Source: Nitrospirota bacterium (GTDB lineage: Bacteria; Nitrospirota; UBA9217). Taken from it: a stretch of DNA of 64,000 nt. Both the position numbers and the translations under genes were made by a program. The stretch spans positions 64,001 to 128,000 of the forward strand of contig CAVVOB010000012.1 of NCBI GenBank assembly GCA_963749655.1, read 5' to 3'. Under the pieces are notes generated by a model, which ran no database searches, was not told the DNA's origin, and saw only the letters and a list, made by a program, of their open reading frames with translations. This document shows positions 11,835 through 24,120 of this stretch, one piece after another (the stretch's first letter is position 1; every line of letters begins with the position of its first letter).

Positions 11835-12914
11835 CAGGCAGCCTCCTTTCTGTTTTTTCGCCGCAAGCTTCCTGATAAATCCCAGCACGCCGTCGGGCAT
11901 GATACAGGATCACGACGACGAGGAGGATGCCGTAGATCAGCACATGGGCATGCGACAGCTGGTCCTTCAGGAAAGAGCCGAGGCGCCGAGTTTTCCCTGA
12001 CCAGCCCGGAGTCGATCAGGGCCTGGGCGATCACATTGCTGCGCAGGGCCTCGGAGAACGGCACCAGCACGACGGCGCCGATCATGCGGTCCGAAGATCG
12101 TGCCGATGCCGCCGATGATGCAGGTCATGACGATCTGGACCGAAAGCCCCAGGTCCAGGACCGTTCCCGGATCGATAAACCCGACATAGAGGCCGTACAG
12201 GCTGCCGGCAAGGGACGTGAAGATCGCCGAGAGGGCAAGGGCCATGTTCTTGTACAGCGTCAGGTTGATGCCCAGCGAGTGCGCCGCGTCCTGGTCCTCC
12301 CTGATGGCCTGGAAATAGTAGCCGAGCTTCGAGTTCTGGACCAGCCAGGTCACGATGATGACGGCGATCGCCATGACGAGTCCGGTGTAGTAAAAGGGGA
12401 CCTTGGACATGAAATCGGTGATGACCGCGCCGCCGATCGTGAGCGGAGGGATCTCGGTGATCAGGATCCCTTCGGCGCCGTTCGTCAGGTCCTTCAGGTT
12501 CAGGGCGCGAGACGCGGAAGATCTCGGCAACGGCGATGGAGGCGAGGACGAAGTAGGGCCCGCGCAGACGGAAGCAGATGGAGCCGATGATCAAGGCCGA
12601 CGGCCACGGCCACGGCGACGCCGGCCCAGATGCCGTACCAGGGCGCAAGGTGCCGGTACTGCAGCAGGATCATGGTGGTGTAGGCGCCAACGCCGAAGTA
12701 GGCCGCATGACCCACGGAGTACTGGCCCGTGTAGCCGCCCAGGATGTTCCAGGCCGACCCCGTGATGACGCTGATGAAGATCAGGATCATGATATGAAGC
12801 GCATAGGTGCTCGTCACGAATTTCGGGAGCAGGAAGAGCAGCGCGAATCGCGACGATGCCGAGGACGACCGGAAGAGTGCTGATGCCGCTATTATTGTTC
12901 GTCAATCGTTTCAT
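11834..12914 (-). CDS. livM: Branched-chain amino acid ABC transporter permease; frameshifted
   Basis: [49 protein letters not shown]. Confidence 0.85.
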
Positions 12915-13063
12915 ATTCCTTGATCTAGTAAACAGCGATTCTTGAACCGCGAAGGCGCAAAGGTCGCAAAGTAAATCTATTCATTAAAGTCCGTGTTTAA
13001 GTTTTCCTCGCGTTCGCGGTTACGCGTTTTGTGTCGCATCGACGCCTGCAATCCTGCCCACAG

Positions 13064-13933
13064 TCAATCCCTGGACGTGCCCAGCAGGCCCGAAGGCTTG
13101 AACAAAAGCACCAGCAGGAACAGGACGAACACAATGACGTCCTTCCAGCCGGACCCGAGATAGACGCCGCCCACGGACTCGGCAATGCCGATGAGCACGC
13201 CGCCCAGGGTCGCGCCGACGATGCTGCCCATGCCGCCGAGCACGGTGATGACGAAGGCCTTGAGCGTGAAGACGCTGCCGACCTGCGGAAAGATGTAGTA
13301 CGTGGGCGAAATGAGCGCGCCGGCGGTGGCGGCCAGGGCTGTTCCGATGCCGAAGGCGATGATCGACATGCGCTTGACATTGATCCCCATGAGCTGGGCG
13401 GCCTCGCGGTCCTGGGCCGTCGCTCGGATGGCCTGGCCCGTGTCGGTCCGGTACAGAAACCAGTACAGCGCGGCGGTTATGGCCGACGGTGATGATGAAC
13501 GAGATAGACCAGCGGTTCGGAGATCGAGATTCCCAGGACCGACACGCTGCTGGACGAATAGGTCGTGGAGAGGATCTTGTAGTCCGACGTGAAGGCAAGC
13601 ATGATCGAGTTGCTCATGACCAGGCCCATGCCGATGGTCAGCAGGATCTGGTTCTGCGGCAGGGCGTTGAGCGCGCGGTTGATGAAGACCTTCTGGAGAA
13701 ATGCGCCGTACAGGAACATGACCGGAATGGTGATCACGATCGAAACAAAAGGATCGATGTGCAGCACAGCGAACAGAAAGTAGGTAAGCGTACATGCCGA
13801 GCATCAGCAGGTCGCCGTGGGCGAAATTGATGATCCGCATGACCCCGAAGATGATGGTCAGGCCGATGCCGATCAGCGCGTAGACGCCGCCGATCAGGAT
13901 GCCGCTGATGAGTGATTGAAAGAAGACCGTCAT
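13064..13933 (-). CDS. livH: Branched-chain amino acid ABC transporter permease; compensating frameshifts
   Basis: YALIGIGLTIIFGVMRIINFAHG, AIRATAQDREAAQLMGIN, VLGGMGS. Confidence 0.88.
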   Translation of the reverse strand: MTVFFQSLISGILIGGVYALIGIGLTIIFGVMRIINFAHGDLLMLGMYAYLLSVRCAAHRSFCFDRDHHSGHVPVRRISPEGLHQPRAQRPAAEPDPADHRHGPGHEQLDHACLHVGLQDPLHDLFVQQRVGPGNLDLRTAGLSRSSSPSAITAALYWFLYRTDTGQAIRATAQDREAAQLMGINVKRMSIIAFGIGTALAATAGALISPTYYIFPQVGSVFTLKAFVITVLGGMGSIVGATLGGVLIGIAESVGGVYLGSGWKDVIVFVLFLLVLLFKPSGLLGTSRD

Positions 13934-14075
13934 AGTTATCTTTTGCCGGACGCGTCAAAAGCAAAAGCGTCTCGCGCAGAGGCGTAAAGAGAGACACAAA
14001 AAAATCAAAGTTTGAAGTTTATCTTCGAACCAGGAACTCAGGTTCTCTTTGCATTTGGCGCGAAAACAAGGTTTT

Positions 14076-14108
14076 AAAAAAAAGGAGCGGGCCTCGGGTA
14101 CGCTCCTC
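14076..14108 (-). terminator. Probable terminator or attenuating hairpin after livK
   Basis: Minus strand aggagcg...cgctcct followed by a T run. Confidence 0.55.
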
Positions 14109-14116
14109 CGGAGCGC

Positions 14117-15274
14117 TTACTTCTTCCAGCCCGGGAAGGGCCAGATGGGCTTCTTGGCCGCATCCTCAAGCGGCCACACGGTTTCATGCTGTCCGTTCTG
14201 CACCTGTTCGACCAGCATCACGGCTTTGCGCTGGTTCTGGTAGCCTTCGTAGTCCTGGAAACGGACCTCGCCGAGGATGCCGTTCCACTTCCCGGTGCGG
14301 AGCGCCTCTCGCGTTTTTTCACGGTCCCCGCCCCCAGCCGCTGCCGCCTGTCCCATGATCATCATCGATTCATAGGCGCAGGCCGCATGGTACGTAGGCG
14401 GTTTGCCGAATTGCTTCTCATAGCGCTGGAACCATGCCTTGGAGCCGGCCCAGGGCGCGTCTTCCGTCCATTGCGTGGAGGAAAAGACCGCCTCGCTGAT
14501 GTCCTTTTCCTTGGCAAATTGCACCACGGAGAAACCGGCGCCCGCACCCAGGAATGCCATGGGAGTGAGCCCGATTTCACGCGACTGCCGCATCAGGAGG
14601 ATGGCATCGGCAACATAGGAAACCATGAACACGATGTCGGGATTCGTGGCCTTTACCTTGGCGAGTGTTGAACGGTAGTCAGGCGAGCCCTTTGGAGTAG
14701 GCTTCTTCGAACACGACTTTGATGCCCTTTTTTTCAGCGATGGTCTTGGCGCTCTTGGCCGCCGACACGCCGAAGTCGGTGTTCTCGTTCAGAATGGCGA
14801 TGGTCTTGGGTTTTCCGAGGGTGGTTGCGAGATCGAGCAAAACGCCCGCATAATCTCCCGTGGTGCCCGAGACCCGGTAGGTCCATTTTAGCCCTGCTGG
14901 GTGATCTCCTCTTTGGAGGCGGCGGGAATGACCAGCGGGACCTTGTAGCGCTCTGCCACCTTGGCGTCGGCATTCGCCGTGGCGGAAGTGTAGGGGCCGA
15001 CGATGCCGACGACGTTGTCGCGCGTTGCAAGCTTCTCGAATGCGGCGAGCGATTTGTCAGGTTTGCCGGTGTCGTCCTCCTTGACCAGGTCGACGTCGAT
15101 CCCTTTTTTCTTCAGATCTTCGATGGCGAGGGTGACGCCGTTCGTCAGGTTTTCTCCGATGGGCGCTTCCGGCCCGGTGATGGAGTTGATGAAGCCGAGC
15201 TTGAGGGTTGCAGCCCGTGCTCCCCCGGGAAAGATGAACGTCACTGCCAGTAGTACCAATAGCAATCGTTTCAT
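14117..15274 (-). CDS. livK: Branched-chain amino acid ABC transporter substrate-binding protein; frameshifted
   Basis: Signal peptide, LKLGFINSITGPEA, EDDTGKP, LNENTDFG, C-terminal VWP; first gene of the liv operon. Confidence 0.85.
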
Positions 15275-15399
15275 GATGCCCTCCTTGAAAGAATTTGCAT
15301 GCAGAAAGAATTTACATGCAAATTTACGGTTCTAACTATATTCTAGCATGATCGAAACCGTCCTTTTTCCCGCCGCAGGGAAGCATGTAAGGACGAAAG

Positions 15400-15960
15400 T
15401 CAAACGCCTTTCAACCGCCGCGCCCAGGCCACGAGGCTTTCGATCAGCTCCCTGATCTTCTTTCTCGTAAGCTCATCCGTAAGTCGTCCGTTCTCGTCGA
15501 GCTTCTCTTTTACGAGCGGGACCATGACCTCGGGTTTGTTGAGGACGTGCATGTTCAGAAATACGCACGACTGACGCAGGTGATACTGGGCCCGGGCCGT
15601 GCCGATCATTCCGTTGGCAGCGCCCATGATGGCCAGGGGCTTGTCGTCGAAACAGTTGTCGCCGAAGGGCCTTGAGCCCCAGTCAATGGCGTTCTTGAGC
15701 ACGCCGGGAACCGAGTAGTTGTACTCCGGCGTCGCTATCAGGATTGCATCAGCCGCCCTGACCTTTGCCTTGAACTCTTTGATGATGGCAGGGGGCTGCT
15801 GCTCCAGATCCTGGTTAAAGGGCGGGATGCCTTCAAGATCGAAGATCTCCAGCTCCGCGCCCGGAGGCAGCAGCTCTGCTGCGGCACGGAGGATGGATTT
15901 ATTGTACGACCCTTTTCTCAGGCTTCCGGCAAAACCGAAGACATGGAATGAGCTGGCCAT
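15400..15960 (-). CDS. NAD(P)H-dependent FMN reductase (ChrR/SsuE-like flavoprotein)
   Basis: GSLRKGSYN, TPEYNYSVPGVLKNAIDW, ARAQYHLRQ. Confidence 0.92.
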   Translation of the reverse strand: MASSFHVFGFAGSLRKGSYNKSILRAAAELLPPGAELEIFDLEGIPPFNQDLEQQPPAIIKEFKAKVRAADAILIATPEYNYSVPGVLKNAIDWGSRPFGDNCFDDKPLAIMGAANGMIGTARAQYHLRQSCVFLNMHVLNKPEVMVPLVKEKLDENGRLTDELTRKKIRELIESLVAWARRLKGV

Positions 15961-15975
15961 GGGATTGCCCTTTCA

Positions 15976-16716
15976 TTACGGCAGTCGTGACCTGATGAAC
16001 TCGCGGTTCAGCTTCGCGATGAATTTTACCTTGATCCCCTTGGGGCAGACGGATTCGCATTCATAATGGTTGCTGCAGTTGCCGAACCCCTGGGCGAGCA
16101 TTTTCTCGGTCATGACGCAGACCCTGCGCGCCGCTTCGACCCGTCCCTGGGGCAGCATTGCGAGATGTGATACCTTTGCAGCGGTAAACAGCATGGCAGA
16201 GCCGTTGGGACAGGCGGCGACACAGGCCCCGCAGCCGATGCATTCGGCGGCATCCATCGCCGTATCAGCGTCATGCTTCGGGACCAGGATCGTGTTTCCG
16301 TCCGGCACGCCGCCCGTGTGGACGGAAATATAGCCGCCAGACTGAATGATCTTGTCAAATGCGCCCCGGTCCACGATCAGGTCTTTGATCACGGGGAAGG
16401 CTTTTGCGCGGAAAGGCTCGATATAGATCGTGTCGTTGTCCTTGAAGTGGCGCATGTGGAGCTGGCAGACCGTGGTTTTTCGGCGCGGTCCGTGAGGCAC
16501 GCCGTTGATCACCTGAGAACAGGCGCCGCAGATGCCCTCGCGGCAGTCATGGTCAAAGGCGATGGGCTCCTGCCCCTTTTTGACCAGGTCTTCGTTCACG
16601 GTGTCGAGCATTTCGAGGAAGGACATGTCGGTCGAGATGTCCTTTGCTTCGTAGCGCTCGAGCCGGCCTTTGTCCTGCGGCCCCTTCTGGCGCCAGATGT
16701 AGAGAGTCAGATTCAT
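15976..16716 (-). CDS. sdhB: Succinate dehydrogenase/fumarate reductase Fe-S subunit
   Basis: [34 protein letters not shown]. Confidence 0.95.
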   Translation of the reverse strand: MNLTLYIWRQKGPQDKGRLERYEAKDISTDMSFLEMLDTVNEDLVKKGQEPIAFDHDCREGICGACSQVINGVPHGPRRKTTVCQLHMRHFKDNDTIYIEPFRAKAFPVIKDLIVDRGAFDKIIQSGGYISVHTGGVPDGNTILVPKHDADTAMDAAECIGCGACVAACPNGSAMLFTAAKVSHLAMLPQGRVEAARRVCVMTEKMLAQGFGNCSNHYECESVCPKGIKVKFIAKLNREFIRSRLP

Positions 16717-16816
16717 AGAAAACCTCATGGAAACCGGGAGGCGGGAGAGCGAAAGGCGGAAGGGGATTAAGCTCTTTCTCCTTACTCCTTACGCCTGACT
16801 CCTCACGGGTTCATCG

Positions 16817-18731
16817 TTACTTATAACTTCTCGTCGCCAGGTGCGCGTACTCGAATACGAGCGGTTCCTTGTGGAGCTCCGGTTCCTTGCCCTCTCCCTG
16901 GTATCCCCAGGCTGAGACGTAGCTGTAGTTCTCGTCGTCTCGCAGGGCCTCGCCTTCAGGGGTGGAGTACTCGACGCGGAAGTGCGCGCCGCAGGATTCA
17001 TTCCGTGACAGGGCGTCCCTGGTCAGGAGCTCGGCGAAGTCGAGAAAGTCCGCAAGTCTTCCGGCTTTTTCTAGCTCCTGGTTCAGCTCCCCGCCGGTGC
17101 CGGTGACCATGACATTGTTCCAGAATTCCTCGCGAAGCTCCGGTATGCGTTTGAGCGCTTCCTTGAGGCTCGCCTCGCTCCTGGTCATGCCCACGTTGTC
17201 CCACATGAGCCTGCCCAGGTCCCGGTGGAACTCGTGCACCGTTTTTTTCCCTTTGAGCGAAAGCAGTCTCCGGGTAAACGTTTCGACTTCGGTCCGTGAT
17301 TGCCGGAATTCGCTGCGGTCGGTCGATACGGACCCGGGCTTCGTATCTGCAAGATAGTTCGCAATGGTGTAGGGAAGAATGAAGTAGCCGTCTGCAAGGC
17401 CCTGCATGAGCGCGCTCGCGCCGAGGCGGTTCGCGCCGTGGTCCGAAAAGTTCGCCTCGCCGAGCACAAAGAGTCCCCGGAGGTTGCTTTCCAGATTGTA
17501 ATCCACCCAGAGTCCGCCCATGGTGTAGTGCGGGGCCGGGTACATGCGCATGGGCTGCTGGTAGGCGTTCTCCGCCGTGATGCGTTCGTACATCTCGAAG
17601 AGGTTCCCGTAGCGCTCGCGGATCACGTTTTCGCCCAGCCGTTTGATGGCGCCGTTGAAGTCGAGGTAGACGCCCCTGCCGCCAGGACCGACGCCGCGGC
17701 CTTCGTCGCAGACTTCCTTGGCAGCGCGCGAGGTGACGTCGCGGGCCGCGAGGTTGCCGTAGGCAGGAAATTTGCGTTCCAGAAAATAGTCGCGTTCCTG
17801 CTCGGGAATGTCCTGGGGCAGCCTCGCGTCGCCCTTGTCTTCGGCACCCAGACCCTGCCGTCGTTCCGGAGCGACTCGGACATGAGCGTGAGCTTGGCCT
17901 GGTGCTCGCCGGTGACGGGAATGCAGGTGGGATGGATCTGGGTGAAGCAGGGGTTCGCGAAACAGGCGCCCTTCTTATAGGCCCGGAAGGTCGCGTTCAC
18001 ACTCGACCCCAGCGAGTTCGTCGTCAGGAAAAAGACATTGGCGTACCCGCCGGAGGCAGAGGCAGACCGCGTCGGCGGCAAAGGATTCGATCCTGCCGGT
18101 CACGAGGTCGCGCACGGTGATGCCTTTTGCATCGCCGTCTACGACCACGAGGTCGAGCATCTCCGTGCGGGGATGGAGCGTCACGGTGCCTGCACTTGAT
18201 CTGGCGCGAGAGCGCGCCGTACGCGCCGAGCAGGAGCTGCTGGCCTGTCTGGCCGCGGGCGTAGAAGGTGCGCGAGACCTGGGCGCCGCCAAAGGAGCGG
18301 GTCGCGAGGTAGCCTGCGTAGTCGCGGGCAAAAGGCACTCCCTGGGCCACGGCCTGGTCGATGATGTTGGCGGAGAGCTGGGCGAGGCGGTAGACGTTCG
18401 CTTCGCGCGACCGGAAGTCGCCGCCTTTGATGGTGTCGTAGAAGAGCCGCTCGATGCTGTCGCCGTCGTTGGGATAGTTCTTGGCGGCGTTGATGCCGCC
18501 CTGGGCAGCGATGCTGTGGGCGCGGCGCGGAGAGTCCTGGAAGCAGAAGACATCCACGTTGTAGCCCAGCTCGCCGAGCGAAGCGGCCGCCGACGCGCCG
18601 GCCAGGCCCGTGCCGACCACGATGATGCGGTACTTCCGCTTGTTCGCCGGGTTGACCAGCTTCATCTCGGCCAGACGTTTGTCCCACTTCTCATGAAGGG
18701 GGCCTGATGGTATTTTGCCGTCGAGGATCAT
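16817..18731 (-). CDS. sdhA: Succinate dehydrogenase/fumarate reductase flavoprotein; about three frameshifts
   Basis: [56 protein letters not shown]. Confidence 0.93.
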
Positions 18732-18850
18732 AATGTTCACCTGAAGCTATAAGCCTTGAACCGCGAGGGCGCGAAGGACGCGAAGAAGGCTAAAAATGTT
18801 TTTACGGTTTCCTCGCGCTCTTTGCGCCTTAGCGGTAATAGGTTCGGCCT

Positions 18851-19522
18851 TTATTGATGCAATAGTCCAACCAAGATCGTAACGGGAATCGCCACATACC
18901 ACAGGAACAGAATGAACGAAGCAATGGTGCCTGTCTTTTCGACGACCGGGAGAGATTGTTCGTTGTTGAGCCCCCAGGTCTGGAACGAACTCTGGACGCC
19001 GTGGAGCAGGTGCAGTCCCAGGGCTGCCAGGGAAATCACATAGACGCCGGAAATACCGATATTCCGAAAGCTCTGAACCACCATCGTGAAGATGTCGGGT
19101 CTGCCCAGCGAGTCCGGGTGGGTGTCCGCGGCGATACCCGGATTGGTCACCTGGAAGGTGAACTGGAGAAGGTGATATATAAGGAAGGCCGCGATAATAA
19201 CGCCGGTCCAGATCTGATACCTGCCGGAGAAGGTGGCGCGGTCGATAGTGAACGTACCGCGTAGTGCCGGCGGCTTTGCCGAATAATTCTCCAGTTTCAG
19301 CACGGAACCATACCATATATGAAGGGCGAAGGCGGCGAGCAGGACGAGCCTCCCGCCCCAGACAAACACCGGCAGGGTGTACAGCGCAACGACATAGGCG
19401 TTGAGCTTGTGGAAGAAGATAGAGGAGTTTCCGGCAATGTGGAAAACGATGAAGATCACGAGGATCTGGCCTGTCAGAGCCATCATGATCTTTCTGCCGA
19501 TTGTGGAGGTGGGTAGGAACAT
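18851..19522 (-). CDS. sdhC: Succinate dehydrogenase cytochrome b subunit (b558 family)
   Basis: IGRKIMMALTG, five TM helices with conserved His (FHIAGN, LHIW, YHLLQF, LHLLHG). Confidence 0.9.
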   Translation of the reverse strand: MFLPTSTIGRKIMMALTGQILVIFIVFHIAGNSSIFFHKLNAYVVALYTLPVFVWGGRLVLLAAFALHIWYGSVLKLENYSAKPPALRGTFTIDRATFSGRYQIWTGVIIAAFLIYHLLQFTFQVTNPGIAADTHPDSLGRPDIFTMVVQSFRNIGISGVYVISLAALGLHLLHGVQSSFQTWGLNNEQSLPVVEKTGTIASFILFLWYVAIPVTILVGLLHQ

Positions 19523-19626
19523 GGTTAGCCTTTTAGTCTCAAGTCTCGAGTCTCAAGTTTCGGGTCGTAGGTCTTGCTTCAATGTTTTTAACTTGAGACC
19601 CGAGGCTTGAAACGTAAAACTGGTCC

Positions 19627-21006
19627 TTATTCAGTCATTTTCGACGGATCGAGCAGTCTGTTCAATTCCTCTTTCGAGAGGTTCGTCATCTCGGCGGCGA
19701 CATCCTTTAACGGCCGTCCCTCGGCATAGGCTTTTTTTGCGATCTCAGCAGCCTTGTCATAGCCGATCACGGGATTCAGGGCCGTCACGAGGATCGGGTT
19801 CTTGTCCACGAGCGCCGCGATGCGCTCGCGGTTGATGGTGAAGCCGGCGACCGCCTTGTCTGCAAAAAGCCGGGAAGCGTTGCCGAGCAGGGTAATGGAC
19901 TGGAGCAGGTTGTGGGCGATGACCGGCAGCATGACGTTCAGCTCGAAATTGCCCTGCTGGTTGCCGATTGTGATCGCGGCATCGTTTCCCGTGACCTGGG
20001 CCGCAGACCATCATCATCATTTCGCACATCACCGGGTTCACCTTGCCCGGCATGATGCTCGATCCGGGCTGCAGCGCCGGGAGCGCAGATTTCTCCCAGA
20101 CCGGCGATCGGGCCGCTGTTCATCCAGCGCAGGTCGTTGGCCATCTTCATGAACGACGAGGCGGTCGCCTTCAGCTGTCCTGAAAGCTCGACGGCCGCGT
20201 CCATGGTTGCCTGGGCCGCGAAGTGGTTGTCGGTCTCGACGAAAGGGAGCGAGGTGCGGCCCGCAAGCCGGGAAGCGACGATCTTGCCGAAGTCTTTCGG
20301 CGCGTTCACGCCCGGTGCCCACGGCAGTGCCTCCGAGCGCGAGCTTTGCCAGTCGCGGAAGCGTGGATTCGATGCGCTCGAGCGGCCTGTTGCACCTGAA
20401 ACGCCCAGCCGCTTATCTCCTGGAAAGCTTCACCGGCATTGCGTCCATCAGATGAGTGCGGCCGGTCTTGACGACGGTGCGGAACTCCAGCTCCCGCTTT
20501 TTGAGCGTCACGTGAAGATGTTTGAGGCCGGGGAGCAGCACTTCGCTTACTTCGAGATAAGCGCTCACGTGGATCGCCGCGGGAATGACGTCGTTCGACG
20601 ACTGGCCCATGTTCACGTGATTGTTCGGATGAACCTTCGTTTTTCCGTCGCCCAAAAGCTGCGTTGCCCGGCTTGCGATCACCTCGTTCGCGTTCATGTT
20701 CGTCGAGGTGCCGGAGCCGGTCTGAAAAATGTCGAGCGGGAATTGATCGTCCCATTTCCCCTCAGCCACTTCGAGCGCGGCCAGATGGATCGCATGGGCG
20801 AGGTTCGCGTCGAGCAGCCCGAGGCCGGCGTTCACTTCGGCGGCAAAGGCCTTGATGAGGCCGAGCGCCCGGATGAACACGCGGGGGAACCGGATGCCGC
20901 TCACGGGAAAGTTTTCAACAGCGCGCTGCGTCTGCGCTCCGTAGAGGGCGTCTGCGGGGACATTCACTTCGCCGAGGGAGTCTTTTTCGATGCGATAGGC
21001 GGTCAT
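19627..21006 (-). CDS. fumC: Class II fumarate hydratase; several frameshifts
   Basis: [63 protein letters not shown]. Confidence 0.93.
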
Positions 21007-21168
21007 AAGGGCTGAATCATAATCATTGCGAACATAGAATCAATTATACCTATTCTGTCTTGTTTTTGCACCGTGATTTTAAAAAATGAGAAAGGCTCAA
21101 GCTCCGCTTATCACGCCCGGTTGACCATGGGCGGTATTGAATCTATAATAAGACCAGAGGTGAACACT

Positions 21169-22591
21169 ATGACCGAGGTTTGCGCGCCCGGGCTGAACTG
21201 CAGCCCCAGCTACAGCATCACCATCAGGGTGGAGATCGAGAACAGGATCGGCATGTTCGCCAGGATCGCCACGGCCATCTCGAGCGCCGGCGGGGACCTG
21301 GGCTCCGTGGACATTGTGCGGGTGGAGCGGGGCAAGATCATCCGCGACATCACGGTGAACGCACAGAACGAGGAGCACGAAAAGGCGATCGTAAAGGCCA
21401 TCAAGACCGTTGCCGGAGTAAAGGTCCTCCGCGTGGCGGACCGGACGTTCTTCGCCCATGAAGGCGGAAAGATAGAGATCAGGAACAAGCTCCCGGTGCG
21501 CGACCGGAACGACCTGTCCAAGGTCTATACCCCGGGCGTTGCCCGCGTGTGCATGGACATTCATCATCACAAGGAGCACGCGTACCGGTATACGATCAAG
21601 GGCAACTCGGTGGCCGTTATTTCCGACGGGACTGCGGTCCTGGGCTTGGGCGACATCGGACCCGAGGCTGCCCTCCCGGTCATGGAAGGCAAGGCCATGA
21701 TCTTCAAGGAGTTCGCCGGGATCGACGCCTTCCCCATCGTGCTCGATACCAAAGATACCGACGAGATCGTCAACACGGTCAAGAACATCGCACCTGCTTT
21801 CGGCGGCATCAACCTGGAGGATTTTTCCGCGCCCCATTGCTTCGAGGTCGAAGCGCGGCTCAGGAAGCTGCTCGACATCCCCGTGTTCCACGACGACCAG
21901 CACGGCACCTCGGTCGTTGCGCTGGCTGCGCTCATCAATGTATCGCGGCTTTTTAAACGGGACCTCAAGAAGTTCAAGGTGGTCGTCGTCGGCGCCGGCG
22001 CGGCAGGAACAGCGGTCACCAAGATCCTGCTCGCTTCGGGCGTCCGGGACATCATCGTCTGCGACAGAAGCGGAGCGCTGTACGCGGGCAGGAAGCAGCA
22101 TATGGACCCGTATAAACGGCAGCTTGCCAAAATCACGAACCCCCGCACGGTGAAAGGGCAGCATCTCCGATGCCATGAAGGGGGCGAATGTATTTATCGG
22201 CCTGTCGGCGCCGAATGTGATCACGGCCGACGATGTGAGAAGCATGGCCAGGGACCCTGTTGTCTTCGCCCTCGCGAACCCGGACCCGGAAATATCCCCC
22301 GAGGAAGTCAACGAGTTCGTCCGGGTCATGGCCACTGGCAGGTCGGACTATCCGAACCAGATAAACAACATGCTCGGCTTCCCGGGCATCTTCCGCGGTC
22401 TTTTGGATGTCCGCGCCCGGGGCGTGAACGAAGCCGTAAAGCTTGCCGCGGCAAAAGCCATCGCCCAAAGCATCGAGACCGAAGAGCTGCACGAGGACTA
22501 CATCATCCCCAGCCCCTTTGACCGCAAGGTGCCGGCAAGGGTCGCCGCAGCCGTTGCAGAAACGGCAAAGAAAACGGGGCTTACAAAATAG
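21169..22591 (+). CDS. NAD(P)-dependent malic enzyme with N-terminal ACT domain; frameshift near 22160
   Basis: YTPGVA, DGTAVLGLGDIG, PVMEGK, INLEDF, HDDQHGT, ANPDPEI, TGRSDYPNQINN. Confidence 0.92.
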
Positions 22592-22592
22592 G

Positions 22593-22703
22593 AGTTTTGA
22601 GTTTTTAGGTTTGAGTTCATAGTTGAAAATATGTCAGCATGCGGCCAGAACTTTTGCTACTCGAAACTCAAAACTCAAAACTCAGAACTAATAACTCATA
22701 ACT
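22593..22703. repeat. Inverted arrays of degenerate heptamer (GAGTTTT/AAAACTC)
   Basis: gagttttgagtttttaggtttgagtt ... aaactcaaaactcaaaactcagaactaataactcataact. Confidence 0.8.
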
Positions 22704-22722
22704 GCCATCGAGCGAGGTATTC

Positions 22723-23994
22723 ATGAACCGCAACCACGAACGCCTGCATCTCGACGAGAAGGACCTTCGCAGTCTCGGCATGACCGAACTGCAGACCATT
22801 TACGCCGAACTCGGGCTCACCCAGGCAGAGCTGGACATCCTGTCCGTGCCCAGGCGGTCCTTTACCGTGGCCTTCCCCGTCAAGATGACCACGGGCAAGA
22901 CGCAGATGTTCACCGGCTACCGCGTGCAGTACAACGACGCGCGCGGTCCCGCCAAAGGCGGCATCCGGTTCCATCCGGAGCTGGACGAGGAGCATACGAG
23001 CGAGCTCGCCTTTCTCATGGCGCTCAAGTGCGCGGTGGTGAACATTCCCTTCGGAGGCGCGAAGGGCGGCGTGGCGGTCAGCCCCATGGACCTTTCGCGG
23101 CGCGACCTTGAGCTCGTGACCCGCGGATATATTCGCGCGATCGCCGATTACATCGGCCCCTTCAAGGACATTCCCGCGCCGGACGTGTATACCGATGAAC
23201 AGATCATGGCCTGGATCCTCGACGAATATGAGCGGATCAGGCGCGAGCACGTGCCTGCCGTGGTGACGGGCAAGCCTCCGGAGCTCGGCGGCGTGTCGGC
23301 CCGCAGATACTCGACGGCGCTGGGGGGCATTCATGTGCTCGAACAGGCGCTGAAGAAGCTGGGGAAGGACCCGCAAGGGCTGCGGGTCGCGATCCAGGGT
23401 TTCGGCAACGTGGGGGAACACACGGCGCGCCTGCTGCATGAACGGGGGTATGCGATTGTAGCCGTGACCGACGTGAACGGCGGCATCATGGCGCCCGGCG
23501 GCCTGGATATTCCCGCGGTGATCGGGCACAAGACACGAACGGGCACGGTTGTGGGTTTCCCGGACGCGAGGGCGGTTACGAACGCCGAACTGCTCACCAT
23601 TGACTGCGATGTCCTGGTCCCTGCGGCCCTGTCGAACCAGCTCGATGCAGCCAACGCGAAAGAGGTCAAGGCCCCGATCGTCCTGGAGCTGGCGAACGCG
23701 CCCACGACGGCCGCTGCAGACGATCTGTTCTTCGACCGCGGCGTCCTGCTCATACCGGACATCCTCGCGAACGCGGGCGGCGTGGTGGTGAGCTATTTCG
23801 AGTGGAGCCAGAACCTGAGCAATGATACGTGGCCGGACGAGAAGGTCCTGGACCGGCTGGAGCAGACCATGATCACGGCTTTCAATGACGTCTACGCACG
23901 CTGCAGCGAAACGCGCTGCAGGATGCGCAAGGCGGCCTATGAGCTTGCGGTCAGGAGGATCCTGGATGCCGAGCGCCTGAGGGGCAACCTCTGA
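22723..23994 (+). CDS. gdhA: Glu/Leu/Phe/Val dehydrogenase (glutamate dehydrogenase)
   Basis: RGPAKGGIRFHP, PFGGAKGG, DIPAPDV, VTGKP, IQGFGNVG, NAGGVVVSYFEW. Confidence 0.92.
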   Translation: MNRNHERLHLDEKDLRSLGMTELQTIYAELGLTQAELDILSVPRRSFTVAFPVKMTTGKTQMFTGYRVQYNDARGPAKGGIRFHPELDEEHTSELAFLMALKCAVVNIPFGGAKGGVAVSPMDLSRRDLELVTRGYIRAIADYIGPFKDIPAPDVYTDEQIMAWILDEYERIRREHVPAVVTGKPPELGGVSARRYSTALGGIHVLEQALKKLGKDPQGLRVAIQGFGNVGEHTARLLHERGYAIVAVTDVNGGIMAPGGLDIPAVIGHKTRTGTVVGFPDARAVTNAELLTIDCDVLVPAALSNQLDAANAKEVKAPIVLELANAPTTAAADDLFFDRGVLLIPDILANAGGVVVSYFEWSQNLSNDTWPDEKVLDRLEQTMITAFNDVYARCSETRCRMRKAAYELAVRRILDAERLRGNL

Positions 23995-24120
23995 CGGCCC
24001 GGCCGCGTCTATTCAAAATACTGCTATAATCAAAGAGGGAAGCGTGCCGCATTCCAATGCCGTGGGGGGAAGGATGGATTTCGAGCATCTGTCCGGGACC
24101 GTGCGGAGGAGGAGGGCGTC

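Noticed and set aside
22593-22703. Heptamer and palindromic repeats as a CRISPR array
   Set aside because: No constant repeat with unique equal-length spacers, and no cas genes.
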